Notes under the pieces: model-generated
Database searches by the model: none
Seen by the model: only the letters and a program-made list of their open reading frames with translations
What the model was told of the DNA's origin: nothing
Source of the DNA: Octopus bimaculoides
Taxonomy: Eukaryota
DNA length: 64,000 nt
NCBI RefSeq assembly: GCF_001194135.2
Contig: NC_068990.1
Location: 12,986,915 to 13,050,914 of the forward strand
Direction of reading: 5' to 3'
Shown: one piece after another, positions 49,467-61,806 of the stretch
How positions within the stretch are numbered: the first letter of the stretch is position 1
How the letters are laid out: every line of letters begins with the position of its first letter
Program-made: the position numbers and the translations under genes

Positions 49467-49654
49467 GGGTGTATAATTTGGGTGTTGTAGGTGTGCAGTG
49501 CACACCCATTGAAAATGGGAAATTCATTATAAATATTAACCTTACTCATTAACTTATCCACAAATCTTAATGGAAAACTTTTGTTATACTAATGCTTGAA
49601 ATTTTGTGGCATTGGGTGTAGCAGTACACCTAATACAACAACCACCATATTCCA

Positions 49655-49657
<3 letters not shown>
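49464..49657. mobile_element. Small MITE with degenerate CAG(G/T)GG TIRs, inserted in (TA)n
   Basis: caggggtgtataatttgggtgttgtaggtgtgcagtgcacaccc versus gggtgtagcagtacacctaatacaacaaccaccatattccactg; (TA)n on both sides. Confidence 0.6.
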
Positions 49658-49696
<39 letters not shown>

Positions 49697-49702
<6 letters not shown>

Positions 49703-49983
49703 AGAGGAATGACCAATTAGTGGACATCCATTATGCTAGAAGAAGACCACCTATGGTCTGACCACTAAGAAGAGATTGTACTCAAGAAAATTCAGCAAAT
49801 GCCAGAATGCAATTACGTGAGTGGTAACAACGAAACCAGTTTGTGATTAATCTTTATATTTTGTATCTTTTCATTTGTCTTGCTTGCTTACGTTCTGATG
49901 TTTGCTGAATTCTTGTGGTGAGACCATAGGTGGTCTTCTTCTAGCATAATGGATGCCCACTTAGTGGTCATCCCTCTTATATG
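49697..49983. mobile_element. Foldback MITE with ~69-bp near-perfect terminal inverted repeats
   Basis: catataagaggaatgaccaattagtggacatccattatgctagaagaagaccacctatggtctgaccac versus its reverse complement at 49915-49983; inner arms aagaaaattcagcaaa / tttgctgaattctt. Confidence 0.92.
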
Positions 49984-50134
49984 TATGTAATATAATTTTT
50001 CGGAATCTTCAGATTTTTCAATATGCTAGGCCACTGGTTTTAAATTGATATTAATTAAATTAATATTTAATTTTTCGCCCTTATTTAAATTATATATATA
50101 TATATAGACTTCACTCGTTTGCCNNNNNNNNNNA

Positions 50135-50335
50135 TATATATGGGAGAATTTACAAAAAAAACCACAGACGAAGACAGGTGGTGTAAACAACAAATGAACG
50201 TATGAGTTTAACGCTCAGGAATAGAGAAAGTCTTTGATGTTTCGAGCTACGCTCTTCAACTGAAAGGAACACAGAAAGAAATAAGGAGAGAAACAAAGAG
50301 AAAAAAAATATAAATGTAGTGGTCAGCGATCTATC
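50135..50335 (-). mobile_element. Penelope-type fragment (family E) with a hammerhead-like motif
   Basis: Minus strand CAGTTGA-A-GAGC-GTA-GCTC-GAAAC at 50239-50262. Confidence 0.55.
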
Positions 50336-51479
50336 TTATATATATATATATAGACTTCACTCGTTTGCCTTACATCCATTATTACATGCTTGCGTAAGTT
50401 AGACAAATACAGTTCAATTCTCTTTTTGTTGCTAACCCTCACTTATTTTTAAGTTGCGAATTGTTTTTATATAAAGCACACAGCTAGAGGACAGTTTGAT
50501 TACAAGGAATGTCAATAAATGACACTTTTTAGCACTGCACTTTCATACGAAGATGCAGAATGTAAAACATTCGCAGTTACAATGAAAAAAACATGCAGTA
50601 AATGCTGTTAAATACAATGAAATAACAATAGTTCATGACCAGAAGTGGGTGGTGAACATCCATATGTGTTTGTTTAATTTCATTGACTGAAGCCAACATT
50701 GACAACTACTTGTGGGTTTCTTATGTAGAAAACAAAATCAAATATGTTTGTCGGTTGCCTTACGAAAATAAAATTCAAAGCAAAAACAAGCAATACTAAG
50801 AGCAGGCAGCACAAATTTCATTTTGGTCTTTTATTTGCACAAACATCAAAAGAATTAAAATGAGAGCTAACTTTACTTAAGGCAAGGAGAATTATTCTTC
50901 AACAATAGAAAAGATGTAACCTTATATCCAAACTAAGAGCAACGATAAATAGAAGAAAAAATTGCAGGAATTGAATACTAAAGCAAAATAGGGAAAGAAT
51001 AGAGGAGGGGGTTAGAGGCAGACTAATATTAACATGAATTCTTTTGTGCTCAAAGTTCATAGATTTACTCTTGATTTATAAAATAGGGGCAATAGTTACA
51101 GGTTTATATGGTATGAATTACCTACATTAAATGCTGGATCAATGCAAGTACTTTATTGAACCTAGCTCGAGAAAGCCATTTGATGAGGTAATCTTGTTGC
51201 AAGTTTCCTTCTTTGCTTATAAACTGTTCATAACTTATGGCATGGAACACATATTCTTTCAAGTGACTAAGTAGATGTGCAAAACACAACAAACATCAGT
51301 AAACAAAAATTATGTTTAGAAAAAGGCAAACAGGATAAATGCTAACAGACTCGTCTCTTATCTGTGTATGCAGCAATATACAGCTTTACTGACCTCACTG
51401 ACTTTTAAATGGTAGATGGGCAGCTGTAACATGGCCTGGAATTGTAGTCATTGTGTACATAACTTTATATTATTGCATA

Positions 51480-51660
51480 GGTGGGTACTATCACTATGGA
51501 CCTGCTGCTTTCTCGCTTCATATCCTTAATGGCCTTTTCTACCATACAATAGTCAACCTCTGTAGCTGGTCTCTCTGTTGGTCACGAGTTTACCCATCTT
51601 TTCCAAATATATTCTTAGTTAACAATTGCTCCTCTATTAATCTAGCTGGTCTGACATTGT
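51480..51660 (-). mobile_element. LINE reverse-transcriptase N-terminal remnant (RTE/CR1-like)
   Basis: Minus strand reads VDYCMVEKAIKDMKREKAAGP, matching the V.KAI..MK..KA.GPD motif. Confidence 0.6.
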
Positions 51661-51717
51661 TTCTAATCAATCTGAACATTTTAAATTATATCTTAAATTT
51701 GCAGAGGAATTTGTAGT

Positions 51718-51793
51718 GGGTAGTTTAGCTTAATCGGTCAAAGCATCGTGACGCGTAATCACGGGGATGTGAGTTCGAGTCCACAGCTAGCCA
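51718..51793 (+). tRNA. tRNA-like element (Thr-CGT-like loop), probably a pseudogene or tRNA-derived element
   Basis: D arm GCTT-AATCGGTCA-AAGC, anticodon arm CGTGA-CGCGTAA-TCACG, T loop TTCGAGT, acceptor GGGTAGTT/AGCTAGCC with one G-G mismatch, and TTTT at 51801-51804. Non-canonical features: G33, an extra base before the anticodon stem, and a T stem one base short. Confidence 0.5.
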
Positions 51794-52173
51794 CCTACAC
51801 TTTTCTCTGCAAAATAGGGGTAGTTTATCCTGTTCAGGCTATATTATTAGTATTATTCTGCGACTGAGAATTTAAAATCACTTCTTTAATTAAAATCTAT
51901 TTTTTGCATATGTGTCATATTACTAATAATGTTGGGTTTTCTATTGGCTATGGCTTTTGGCAGGTTTTATTTCATTTTTCTATATTTAATTCCTTTGAAT
52001 TCAGTAATATATTTATCCGATAACATGCAAAGAAAATAACCTCTATTTCTCTGCCCCCTTCCCCGCCACTCTCATTATCAGACTACACTTTTAGCAAACA
52101 CATTTTTTACTTACTATGTATGCTTAATTCGTTGATAGCCTGTTATATAATCTTTGGTGTAATGTCTTTGCAG

Positions 52174-52296
52174 GAAAATGTGATGGCTTCAAGTGTGTTA
52201 ATAATGGGTACTGTATTGCACCACAGTTAAAGTGTAATAATCTTCCAAATTGTGGGACAAAAGATAACTCAGATGAAAGTACAGAAGCTGCACAAT
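52174..52296 (+). CDS. Exon encoding an LDL-receptor class A repeat (GKCDGFKCVNNGYCIAPQLKCNNLPNCGTKDNSDESTEAAQ-C); CUB+LDLa receptor/auxiliary-subunit-like protein
   Basis: Acceptor aatgtctttgcag|, donor T|gtgagt; 123 nt, phase 1-1. Five Cys in LDLa spacing plus the D-x-S-D-E calcium-binding motif; the sixth Cys codon is split at the donor (T|gt). Confidence 0.92.
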
Positions 52297-53028
52297 GTGA
52301 GTATAGCTAATATTTTTCTTTTTCTTTTCTGAATTCTGTTTTATTCCTTTTAGCAGCAAGACACATAAATCTAAACGATCAGCTCAAAGCTACCAAAATG
52401 TAGGTTATAGTCTAAAATACTTTGTTATTTCTGTACATACTGTGAAAATTACTGTATCTTCATTGCTCTTAGTGCTGTACCGATTACAAAACGTATTATC
52501 CTTTCTATTTTCATTTTACTCACATCTTTTGAAGCCACTAAGGCATTTGGTTTTTGTTACCTCTGTCATTGATCTCTGTCATTTCGCTATCTTTGCATAG
52601 ACTATGGAAACTATCATACTCACTGGTGATTTCATATAATCAAATTATCATATCTATACGATGTTGCTGTTCATATTAGAGGAATTGTAATTTTTGTGTA
52701 CGATCCTCTGACTGATAAAACCTTAGAAATCATAATCTGCTAATGTCCTATTTTATATGTATCTGTTTTCATAGAGAATGATGATGATGATGATGATGAT
52801 AAAGAGGAGAAGATGAAGGAGGAGGAGGGGGAGGAAGTGGGTAATAATGTCAGTAATGGTGCTAGTGTTGGTGCAAGTGCTAATGATGAGGTTGATGGCA
52901 ATGATTCATTAAGGTTCATTAAGGAGCTTGAAATAGATTTTAGCATCTCTGTTTGTATATGTGTGTGTGTATGTATGTATGTATGTATGCATGTATGTAT
53001 GTATGTATGTATGCATATATGTTAATAG

Positions 53029-53072
<44 letters not shown>

Positions 53073-54378
53073 TAGTATGTATTATATATGTGTGTGTGTG
53101 TGTGTATATAGTCCCTCATCTAATTTCATTGACTTTCTGTATTGTTATGTGAATTTCAAAAGAACCAGAAACTGTTTTGTTTCATGTGGCTGCAACAAGA
53201 TGTTAATTGTAATTACTTGGAAGACTAAAACTACACTATACATACATACATACATACATACATACATACATACATACATACACACATACACACATACATA
53301 TATGTATATATGTATATATATATANNNNNNNNNNNNNNNNNNNNNNNNNNNNNNNNNNNNNNNNNNNNNNNNNNNNNNNNNNNNNNNNNNNNNNNNNNNN
53401 NNNNNNNNNNNNNNNNNNNNNNNNNNNNNNNNNNNNNNNNNNNNNNNNNNNNNNNNNNNNNNNNNNNNNNNNNNNNNNNNNNNNNNNNNNNNATATATAT
53501 TGTCACAAGGTTTCATAAAAGTGCAAGCTTGAGAATGATGGCTTTTTTGCTTGTCTCAAAATTAATAATGACATTTAAAATGAAATCACTCAACTTACCA
53601 TTTGAATACATGATTTAAGTATATATAGTTGTTTCCATATTACTGCTGCTCATTATTATCATTTTTTTAAAATACATATTTTGTTAAAATATGTTTGTTT
53701 TTCTTCTCTTAAATGCCATAAACCTTTGTAGAGTACTTTGCTGCTCTTGAAATTCTCAGAATAACATCTGTAACACATAACTGTATCAAAAGAAGAATTC
53801 CATCAACCAAATATGAAGGTTTTATAGCAGATTCTTGTTCTGTTATACGTCTAGTTTTTCATGGTTCTGATAGCTGCTTTGGCTTCAAATTCGTAAATCC
53901 TTGGTAAAAGAAGAATCTGTTGATTCTGGTCTAAGTTTTATTACAGAATTTTATTTTTTACAGAATCTTTCATTTGTTCATGCACATTTCAGAATCCCTG
54001 CTGTATAAATCTTGGTAATATATTGAAAATACTTTTATGTTCCACTATTTCTGGAAAGGTTAAACCTTAGAGCAAAACATTTTTTTGTATTTCATTAGAC
54101 ATATTTTTCCTAATTTTCATTTCAAATCCATTTATGTTGTTCCAGCTACGAATTACATGTATGTATGTGTGTGTGTGAGAGAGTGTGTGACTGAGTGTAT
54201 ATGCATGTGTGTTATCTACTCTTGGAGATTTTAGTTTAACAGCATATTTATTTTAGATTTTACTCTGTCACATTTTTTTTCTCTAACGCAAATGTAAAAC
54301 CAAAAAATGTTCTATTGCAAAATTGACAACTTCAAGTTATCAGTATCATGGAAATTACTTTTCAATAGAATATTATTA

Positions 54379-54451
<73 letters not shown>

Positions 54452-55611
54452 CCTTATTATTATTATTATATTTATTAGTAAATAATATATAAAATATAGA
54501 ACTGTATATATCTTCATACTTTAACATAATATGAGCCTAAAATCCTGGAAAGACCATAAATTGCTAAGCATATTCTACTGACCTTGTACACTGTAGGAAA
54601 CAAAACCCTATCATATACATAACTGTATAAACTCCACTTCAACGTAAAGACAAAGTAATTTTACAATATTCTTTTGTAATTAAATTTGATGTGCTGTCGC
54701 CTTTGTTCCTGCAGAGTTTTATAAAAAGAAAAGGAGGATATATTTCAAATATGATTTGTTTTGATCTAATGTATTAATTGGTTTATTTTCCTACTCTGCT
54801 TTCTTGGAATTGATCTGTCAAAGCAATTTCTGTTAATTCAATCGTCATTAATTACTGAAAAATTTACTGAATGGATTGAAGCCAACAGATAATTTAATAA
54901 ACAGAACACATTCTTTTGAAGAAAACTCCAACTGTTTCTGTTAAAATGATAGATGTATGTATAACTTTGAACTACTGCTATCTGAAATAAATTTCTACAT
55001 ACTTTCTCTAATAATTTTACATATTTTCTCACATATTAGATTATAAAATTCTACGTTCTATTATTATATCATTTTCTCTAATTACTGATTCTAATATCTG
55101 GTTACACGACCTATACCCATTAGCAATAGAAAAACACACTCAACGAGTTGGTGTTGATGATGATGTTGATTATGACAGTAATCTGTCTGATGACAAAATA
55201 AAAATCAAGCATTCACCCTTTCCTGACATTATTTCCAATAAAACACTCTCCCTTGGTGTTACAATTAATTTTAAGAATAATCAAGAATTTGTAGAGCATT
55301 TAGTAAAATAATTATGTTACCATTATATTAGTGTTTGAAACTGGCCTTGTACCTATATCACAAACTATTATATGAATATTTGGAACATATCTGAACGAAA
55401 GGATCTTGCATAAAATTATAATGGAAGGTTTTAACTGAATTATGAACACTTTAAATAGGATGGTGTTAAGAGAATTTTTGTTGGAATATTGAAATTTTTA
55501 TGAACAAGAAGTTGACTGCTACTGAAGGAAAGTAATCATTTCTAGCTTTAAGCCTGTTGAGGAATTTAAATTAAATAGTGAAGAACACACACATCTATTT
55601 CTATATAACTC

Positions 55612-55840
55612 TTTTATTATTCTTTTATTTACTTGTTCCAGTCAAGGGTTTTAGTCAAAGACATCAACCCTAGGACATATTCTTTGCAAGCCTACTACTT
55701 ATTCTATCGGTCTTTTTTGCTGAACCACTAAGTTACGGGGGGGGGGCGTAACCCCAAAATTGGTTCTCAAGTGATGGTGGTGGGGACAAACACTGATGAC
55801 ACAAAGACACACACACACAAATATATACATACATGTATAC

Positions 55841-55889
<49 letters not shown>

Positions 55890-56040
55890 CTTCTTTCAGT
55901 TTCCATCAACAAAATCCATTTACAAAGCTTTGGTCGGCCCTAGGATATTATAAAAGCACTCACTGAAGGTGCCACTCAGTGGGACTGAACCCAGAACCAT
56001 GTGGTTGAGAAACAAGCTTCTTACCACACAGCCATGCCAC
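55612..56040 (-). mobile_element. SINE family A (near full-length)
   Basis: cagtgggactgaacccagaaccatgtggttgagaaacaagcttcttaccacacagccatgcc is the reverse complement of the family A head; tail cttattctatcggtcttttttgctgaacc. Confidence 0.88.
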
Positions 56041-56216
56041 TGCCTATTAATTTTTTTAATTTTTTATATACATTTCCATGTGAGAAAGACTGGTAGTTGT
56101 GAATAACACTATTTCAGCCGCTTTTTGGACTTCTCAGTATGACATAACTTGGGACTTGAAATTAATCAAACAAAATTCATTGTTTCCTCTTCGTTATATG
56201 TATATACATATGTATG

Positions 56217-56255
<39 letters not shown>

Positions 56256-56360
56256 ATATATATATGCATACATATGTATGTATGTCTGTATGTATATATA
56301 TCTATATACACACACACATATATATAAATATATATATATACATATGTATACATATACATG

Positions 56361-56396
<36 letters not shown>

Positions 56397-56714
56397 NNNN
56401 NNNNNNNNNNNNNNNNNNNNNNNNNNNNNNNNNNNNNNNNNNNNNNNNNNNNNNNNNNNNNNNNNNNNNNNNNNNNNNNNNNNNNNNNNNNNNNNNNNNN
56501 NNNNNNNNNNNNNNNNNNNNNNNNNNNNNNNNNNNNNNNNNNNNNNNNNNNNNNNNNNNNNNNNNNNNNNNNNNNNNNNNNNNNNNNNNNNNNNNNNNNN
56601 NNNNNNNNNNNNNNNNNNNNNNNNNNNNNNNNNNNNNNNNNNNNNNNNNNNNNNNNNNNNNNNNNNNNNNNNNNNTATGTATGTATGTATGTATGCATGT
56701 ATGTAGATTTATAT

Positions 56715-57130
56715 AAATGTGTGTGTGTCTGTGTTTGTCCCCTACCGGACCACTTAAGAACTGGTGTTGGTGTAGCAGTTCAGCAAAAGAAACCGATAGA
56801 ATAAGTACCAGGTTTAAATTTTTAAAAAGTACTGGGGATCAATTCATTTGACTAAAAATTCTTCATGGTAGTGCCCCAGCATGGCCGCAGTCTAATGACT
56901 GAAACAAGTAAAAGATAGACAATAAAAGATACACGTACAAGTAACTCAGCCTGAAACAGCAGCAAAATCTCCCTCAAAGCAACACTTTATCTTCAAAAAG
57001 GACACGTTGGATAATATAGCCTGAGACAGGTAGACTATATCTGAAAAATAGATGGAATGGTCATGGCTGCAATGTCTTTGATTATAAATCTGTTCAATGA
57101 GAGTTGACTTGAAGTTAAACTACAACATGA
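56715..57130 (+). mobile_element. Family A 3' half (56715-56930) followed by a family F fragment (56945-57130)
   Basis: gatagaataagtaccagg...gtgccccagcatggccgcagtctaatgactgaaacaagtaaaaga, then gcagcaaaatctccctcaaag...ggtcatggctgcaatgtctttgatta. Confidence 0.8.
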
Positions 57131-57951
57131 AGCTCTGAAACATTATTATTATGTATTGACATGATTATACCGATGGTTTGTTGGAAAATCAAATCATTAT
57201 TGCAAGTCAAAGCTTACTTTATTCCATTATGGCTTTATAGTCATTAAGGAATATTCAAATTTCCTGCTGTTAAGACCATTAAGAATGAAAAGCAGATTAA
57301 ATCCTAAATGAGAATTGACTGATTAGAATATGAACAAGTGGAACTGGAAAATATAATAAATAATCTTTCGCTATTGTCTTGGAACTTCACATTGAGTGGT
57401 TCACCAACAAGAGCTATTGTCATAATCCCAGTGATCACACTAACTCTCCTCTGTCTTCCATATTTAATTAAGCTTAATTAATTAAATTTTCAGGGTTGTC
57501 TCCCTTGGTGTTTTTATTTTTCATCAGGCGTGGCAGTGTGGTCAAGATGATTGCTTCCAAACCACATGGTTTTGGTTTCAGTCACACTGCATATATATAT
57601 ATATATATATATATATGTTTTATTATATGTATTTATTTTCTCCTAATTAATAAATAACTCGGACAAAATAAATTGGTTAATAGATACCAGGGTAGCAAAG
57701 ATCACAAAATGACTGTGGTGTAACTCCTGTTTATGAGGTAGAAATTGCTTGTTATTTTGGGTACTTGAGTATATATAAAATTCGGTTAAAATGTCTTACG
57801 TTTAAGCTGGTTCCCATGCATTTCCCTGAAGAGAAGATTACATTCTTATCAACATCACCTATTCCTATGGAAAGTATAATTTGTAATCTTCGAAACATAT
57901 GTTGGAAATAAAAGTATGCAGTTAACATATGCGTCTTACTCCATTTACTAA

Positions 57952-57994
<43 letters not shown>

Positions 57995-58145
57995 GGCACA
58001 AGAGTGGCTGTGTGGTAAGAAGTTTATTTCCCAACCAAACAGTTCTGGTTCAGTTCCATTGTGTAACAGCTCTTCTAATATAGCCCCAAGCCAACCAATG
58101 CTTTATGAATGAATTTGGTCGATGGAAACTGAAAGAAGCCTGATG

Positions 58146-58186
<41 letters not shown>

Positions 58187-58565
58187 TCATCATCATCATC
58201 ATTTAACGTCTGCTTTCCCCGTGGGCATGGGCTGAATGGTTTGACTGAGGACTGGCAAGCCAGGAGGCTGCTCNNNNNNNNNNNNNNNNNNNNNNNNNNN
58301 NNNNNNNNNNNNNNNNNNNNNNNNNNNNTGTGTGTGTGTGTGTGTGTGTTTGTGTGTCTGTGTTTATCCTCGCACCACCGTAACTTGACAACCGATGCTG
58401 GTGTGTTTACATCCCCGTAACTTAGTGGTTTGGCAAAAGAGACCGATAGAATAAGTACTAGGCTTACAAAGAATAAGTCCTGGGGTCGATTTGTTTGACT
58501 AAAGGTGATACTGCAGCATGGCCACAGTCAAATGACTGAAACTAGTAGAAGAATAAAAGAATAAC
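57995..58565 (+). mobile_element. Family A SINE with an antisense family B tail nested in its central microsatellite (58185-58273, runs into a gap)
   Basis: Head ggcacaagagtggctgtgtggtaagaag at 57995, (TA)n, then (CAT)n-ttaacgtctgctttccc, a gap, then the family A tail to aagaataaaaga. Confidence 0.8.
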
Positions 58566-59053
58566 TACTGAAAATATGCATTCTTGTTTTTGTTGTCTTC
58601 TTGTCTGCAATCAGCTTTGGTCAAATACATCTATTAAATGTATCTTTTGCTAAGAGAGTAGACAGCAATTTGTGGGAGAGACTTGGTGGTTATTCTTAGC
58701 AGGTTATACAGAGTGATATACAGAGGTTCCATAATGCTTATACAGATTATAAATTGAAATTATTTGCCATGTTGCTTCCTCTAGGCTTCTATGAAGAGTT
58801 TTGATGCTGTTCAATTATGTAAGAGAATACTAGTTTTAGAGTAGTGAAACTGAAGTTATCTGTGGTGTTTATTTACAGCTAGGAGAATAAGTAATTGAAT
58901 ATCTTTGTCAGAAACACTGCAGGTTGCTGCTAACTGAGTAATAATTAATTCTTTAACCAATCAACTCATCTACTCTTTATATCTATTGTGTGAGCATATG
59001 TAATATAATATAATATAATTCAATATAATATTATATAATATATACATACATAC

Positions 59054-59116
<63 letters not shown>

Positions 59117-59147
59117 TATATAGATAGGTAGACAAATGGATAGATAA

Positions 59148-59195
<48 letters not shown>

Positions 59196-59686
59196 GTAGA
59201 CAGATATATATNNNNNNNNNNNNNNNNNNNNNNNNNNNNNNNNNNNNNNNNNNNNNNNNNNNNNNNNNNNNNNNNNNNNNNNNNNNNNNNNNNNNNNNNN
59301 NNNNNNNNNNNNNNNNNNNNNNNNNNNNNNNNNNNNNNNNNNNNNNNNNNNNNNNNNNNNNNNNNNNNNNNNNNNNNNNNNNNNNNNNNNNNNNNNNNNN
59401 NNNNNNNNNNNNNNNNNNNNNNNNNNNNNNNNNNNNNNNNNNNNNNNNNNNNNNNNNNNNNNNNNNNNNNNNNNNNNNNNNNNNNNNNNNNNNNNNNNNN
59501 NNNNNNNNNNNNNNNNNNNNNNNNNNNNNNNNNNNNNNNNNNNNNNNNNNNNNNNNNNNNNNNNAGAGAGAGAGAGAGAGAGAGAGATATATAAATAGGT
59601 AGATAGATAGACAGACAGGCAGAGAGATGGATAGATAAATATGCAGATAGATATATAGATAGGTAGACAGATAGATATATAGATAG

Positions 59687-59717
<31 letters not shown>

Positions 59718-59731
59718 GATATATAGATAGG

Positions 59732-59779
<48 letters not shown>

Positions 59780-61677
59780 TAGACAGAATTTAATAAACAC
59801 AGGATTTAGATGTGAGCTATCTATATATATTGACAGATAGATTTATATGCTCGTACAGAAATATCAGGTTATTGCTTTGTTATGTTCCATATAGTATTAT
59901 CAATTCATAACTGTCTGGTAAAAAAAAAACACCCTTTGCCAACATTCTATTTGTGTTTTAAATAATTAAAATTTAGTTTGCTAAAATTCTTTCATATTTT
60001 TATCTGATATAGATAAATCTGAATAAATTATATTTTACACTACTTTTTATATCATTCAATAAATTCTTCTTTAATAAATTTCAATGCTATTTTTAATAAC
60101 AACAATTATAAAATCTTTAGGGCAGCTATGTGTACATTAATTACTCACAATCCATGTCTTCTGGCAAATATTTTTTATCTAATTATCTAACAGAGCAGTA
60201 AATGGTAATTTCGTTATCTGGAAGACCAAATGAAGAGGATAACAAATGCACTATTTGAAGAATAGTGCGTTTGTCATTTTATCAGTTATTATTTATTTAG
60301 TTATTTATTTATTTATTCATTCATTTATTCATTTACTTATTTATTCTAGTTGGCTCAAAAATAATTCTTTTGTAGATGTGAAGTTGATTGAATAAAATTT
60401 CGTTTACTACAGGTATATATTTCATTGATTTGAGATCAATGAAATGCAAAGGTGACCCTATCAGGAAGTTAATTAAAAACAACAAAATATTTGTTATATT
60501 AAAACACCTAGCTCAAAGTAATGTTGCTCTTTTAACTATCTCTGCTAAAATAATTCCAAAAGTAATTTTTAATTCTTACTCACAACATATGAGAGAAGTT
60601 GCTGAAAGGGGCAGAGTAATGTCTGTTCAAACAGCCTCAGAACCAATAAGAGTGCTGCTACATAGTTTCTCGACCAGTTATAAATAAATGGGGGTCAAAT
60701 ATTGCTGAAATCATATGTTACCATTTAAATTGACCTTTTAGTATTCAGATTACTCTGTCAAATGTAATACTTATCAATTAAAGTTGTTTTGAATTAATCA
60801 TACATTATCTAGTAGCTTTGAGATTTTGATGATGCTGTAGTTTACTTTTAGAATGACATTATAGGGTAGGTGTGAAAGGCTAGATCTGGCTAGTGTGTAA
60901 GTGAAACAGGTAGAAAATTTAGAACCAGATATGGTCAGTATATATGTTATAGGGTTAAAGCAAGAACACATTGGACAACTTAATCATGGGAATAGTATGT
61001 ATAAGGAAAAGACAGAATGGTCACTAATTTCATTTATACGTAGGCTTCATCAGGGCTTTCCTGGTTCTAAACAGCGCTCCTAGCATGTTACAGACATGGT
61101 GGTTCCAGGGAAATCACCATGTTAGGTTTTATGTTAGTATTCGATGCTACAATCATTTGGTATGATTTTACTCCTTAGACCGAAGTGAAAATTCATAAAC
61201 TGAAACCTTATCTGTGAATGTGTGTGTGTGTGAATTGGTGAATGTGAGTGTGCATATGTGCATGTTTGTTTGTGTGTGTATGTGTGAGTGTGTAGGGAGA
61301 GAGACAGAGAGAGAGAGAGAGAGAAAGAGAGAGGTGTATCAAATATTGTACAACATAAATTCTTGATTTATTAAAACTACCTGTGCCTCCTTATAATGCA
61401 TCAGAATTACCAAATGGTAAGACCACCTCTGTAAGAGAAGTGGAGAAAACCTCAAGAATTATGAATTCTCTAAAGATGACATGCCATTAAAGAAATGGAT
61501 GGGCTTATTATCTGGAGATAAGAGGACAGTCATAGACACTTGTTTCCACCTCAATAGTCATCATCAGTATAATAATTATCTGACCTTATCCCAAGTAACC
61601 AAAGGACTTAAAGATACAAAAAGAGTAGAACACACAACTGAAATAATTTGCATTTTTTTAAAATGAGCTTTCTACTA

Positions 61678-61806
61678 AGGTTGACTTTACCTTTCATCCT
61701 TTTAGGGTCGATAAAATAATCACCAATTGAGCACTGGGGTCTATGTAATCAACAAGTCCCCTCTGACCAAAATTTCCGGCCTTGTGCCTACAGTAGAAAG
61801 GATTAT
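61678..61806 (+). mobile_element. SINE family D 3' part
   Basis: ggttgactttacctttcatccttttagggtcgataaa...ggccttgtgcctacagtagaaaggattat. Confidence 0.8.

Noticed and set aside
50088-50370. Direct repeat tatatatatatagacttcactcgtttgcc on both sides of a family E fragment
   Set aside because: The first copy ends at a 10-N gap, so this is most likely a contig-overlap artefact rather than a target-site duplication.
52354-52399. Next exon after the LDLa exon (57-nt intron, donor gtaggt)
   Set aside because: It would replace the required sixth LDLa cysteine with Ser, and the intron would be very short.
220-59800. Most ORFs in the supplied track (poly-YI, poly-HT, poly-CV, LSIY, poly-X, poly-R/F, poly-L/I)
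   Set aside because: They are translations of (TA)n, (CA)n, (TATC)n, (CTT)n and (ATT)n microsatellites or of N gaps, not genes.
60388-60687. 99-aa plus-strand ORF as a downstream exon
   Set aside because: It begins within a degenerate SINE fragment, and has no transmembrane segment or motif expected after LDLa.
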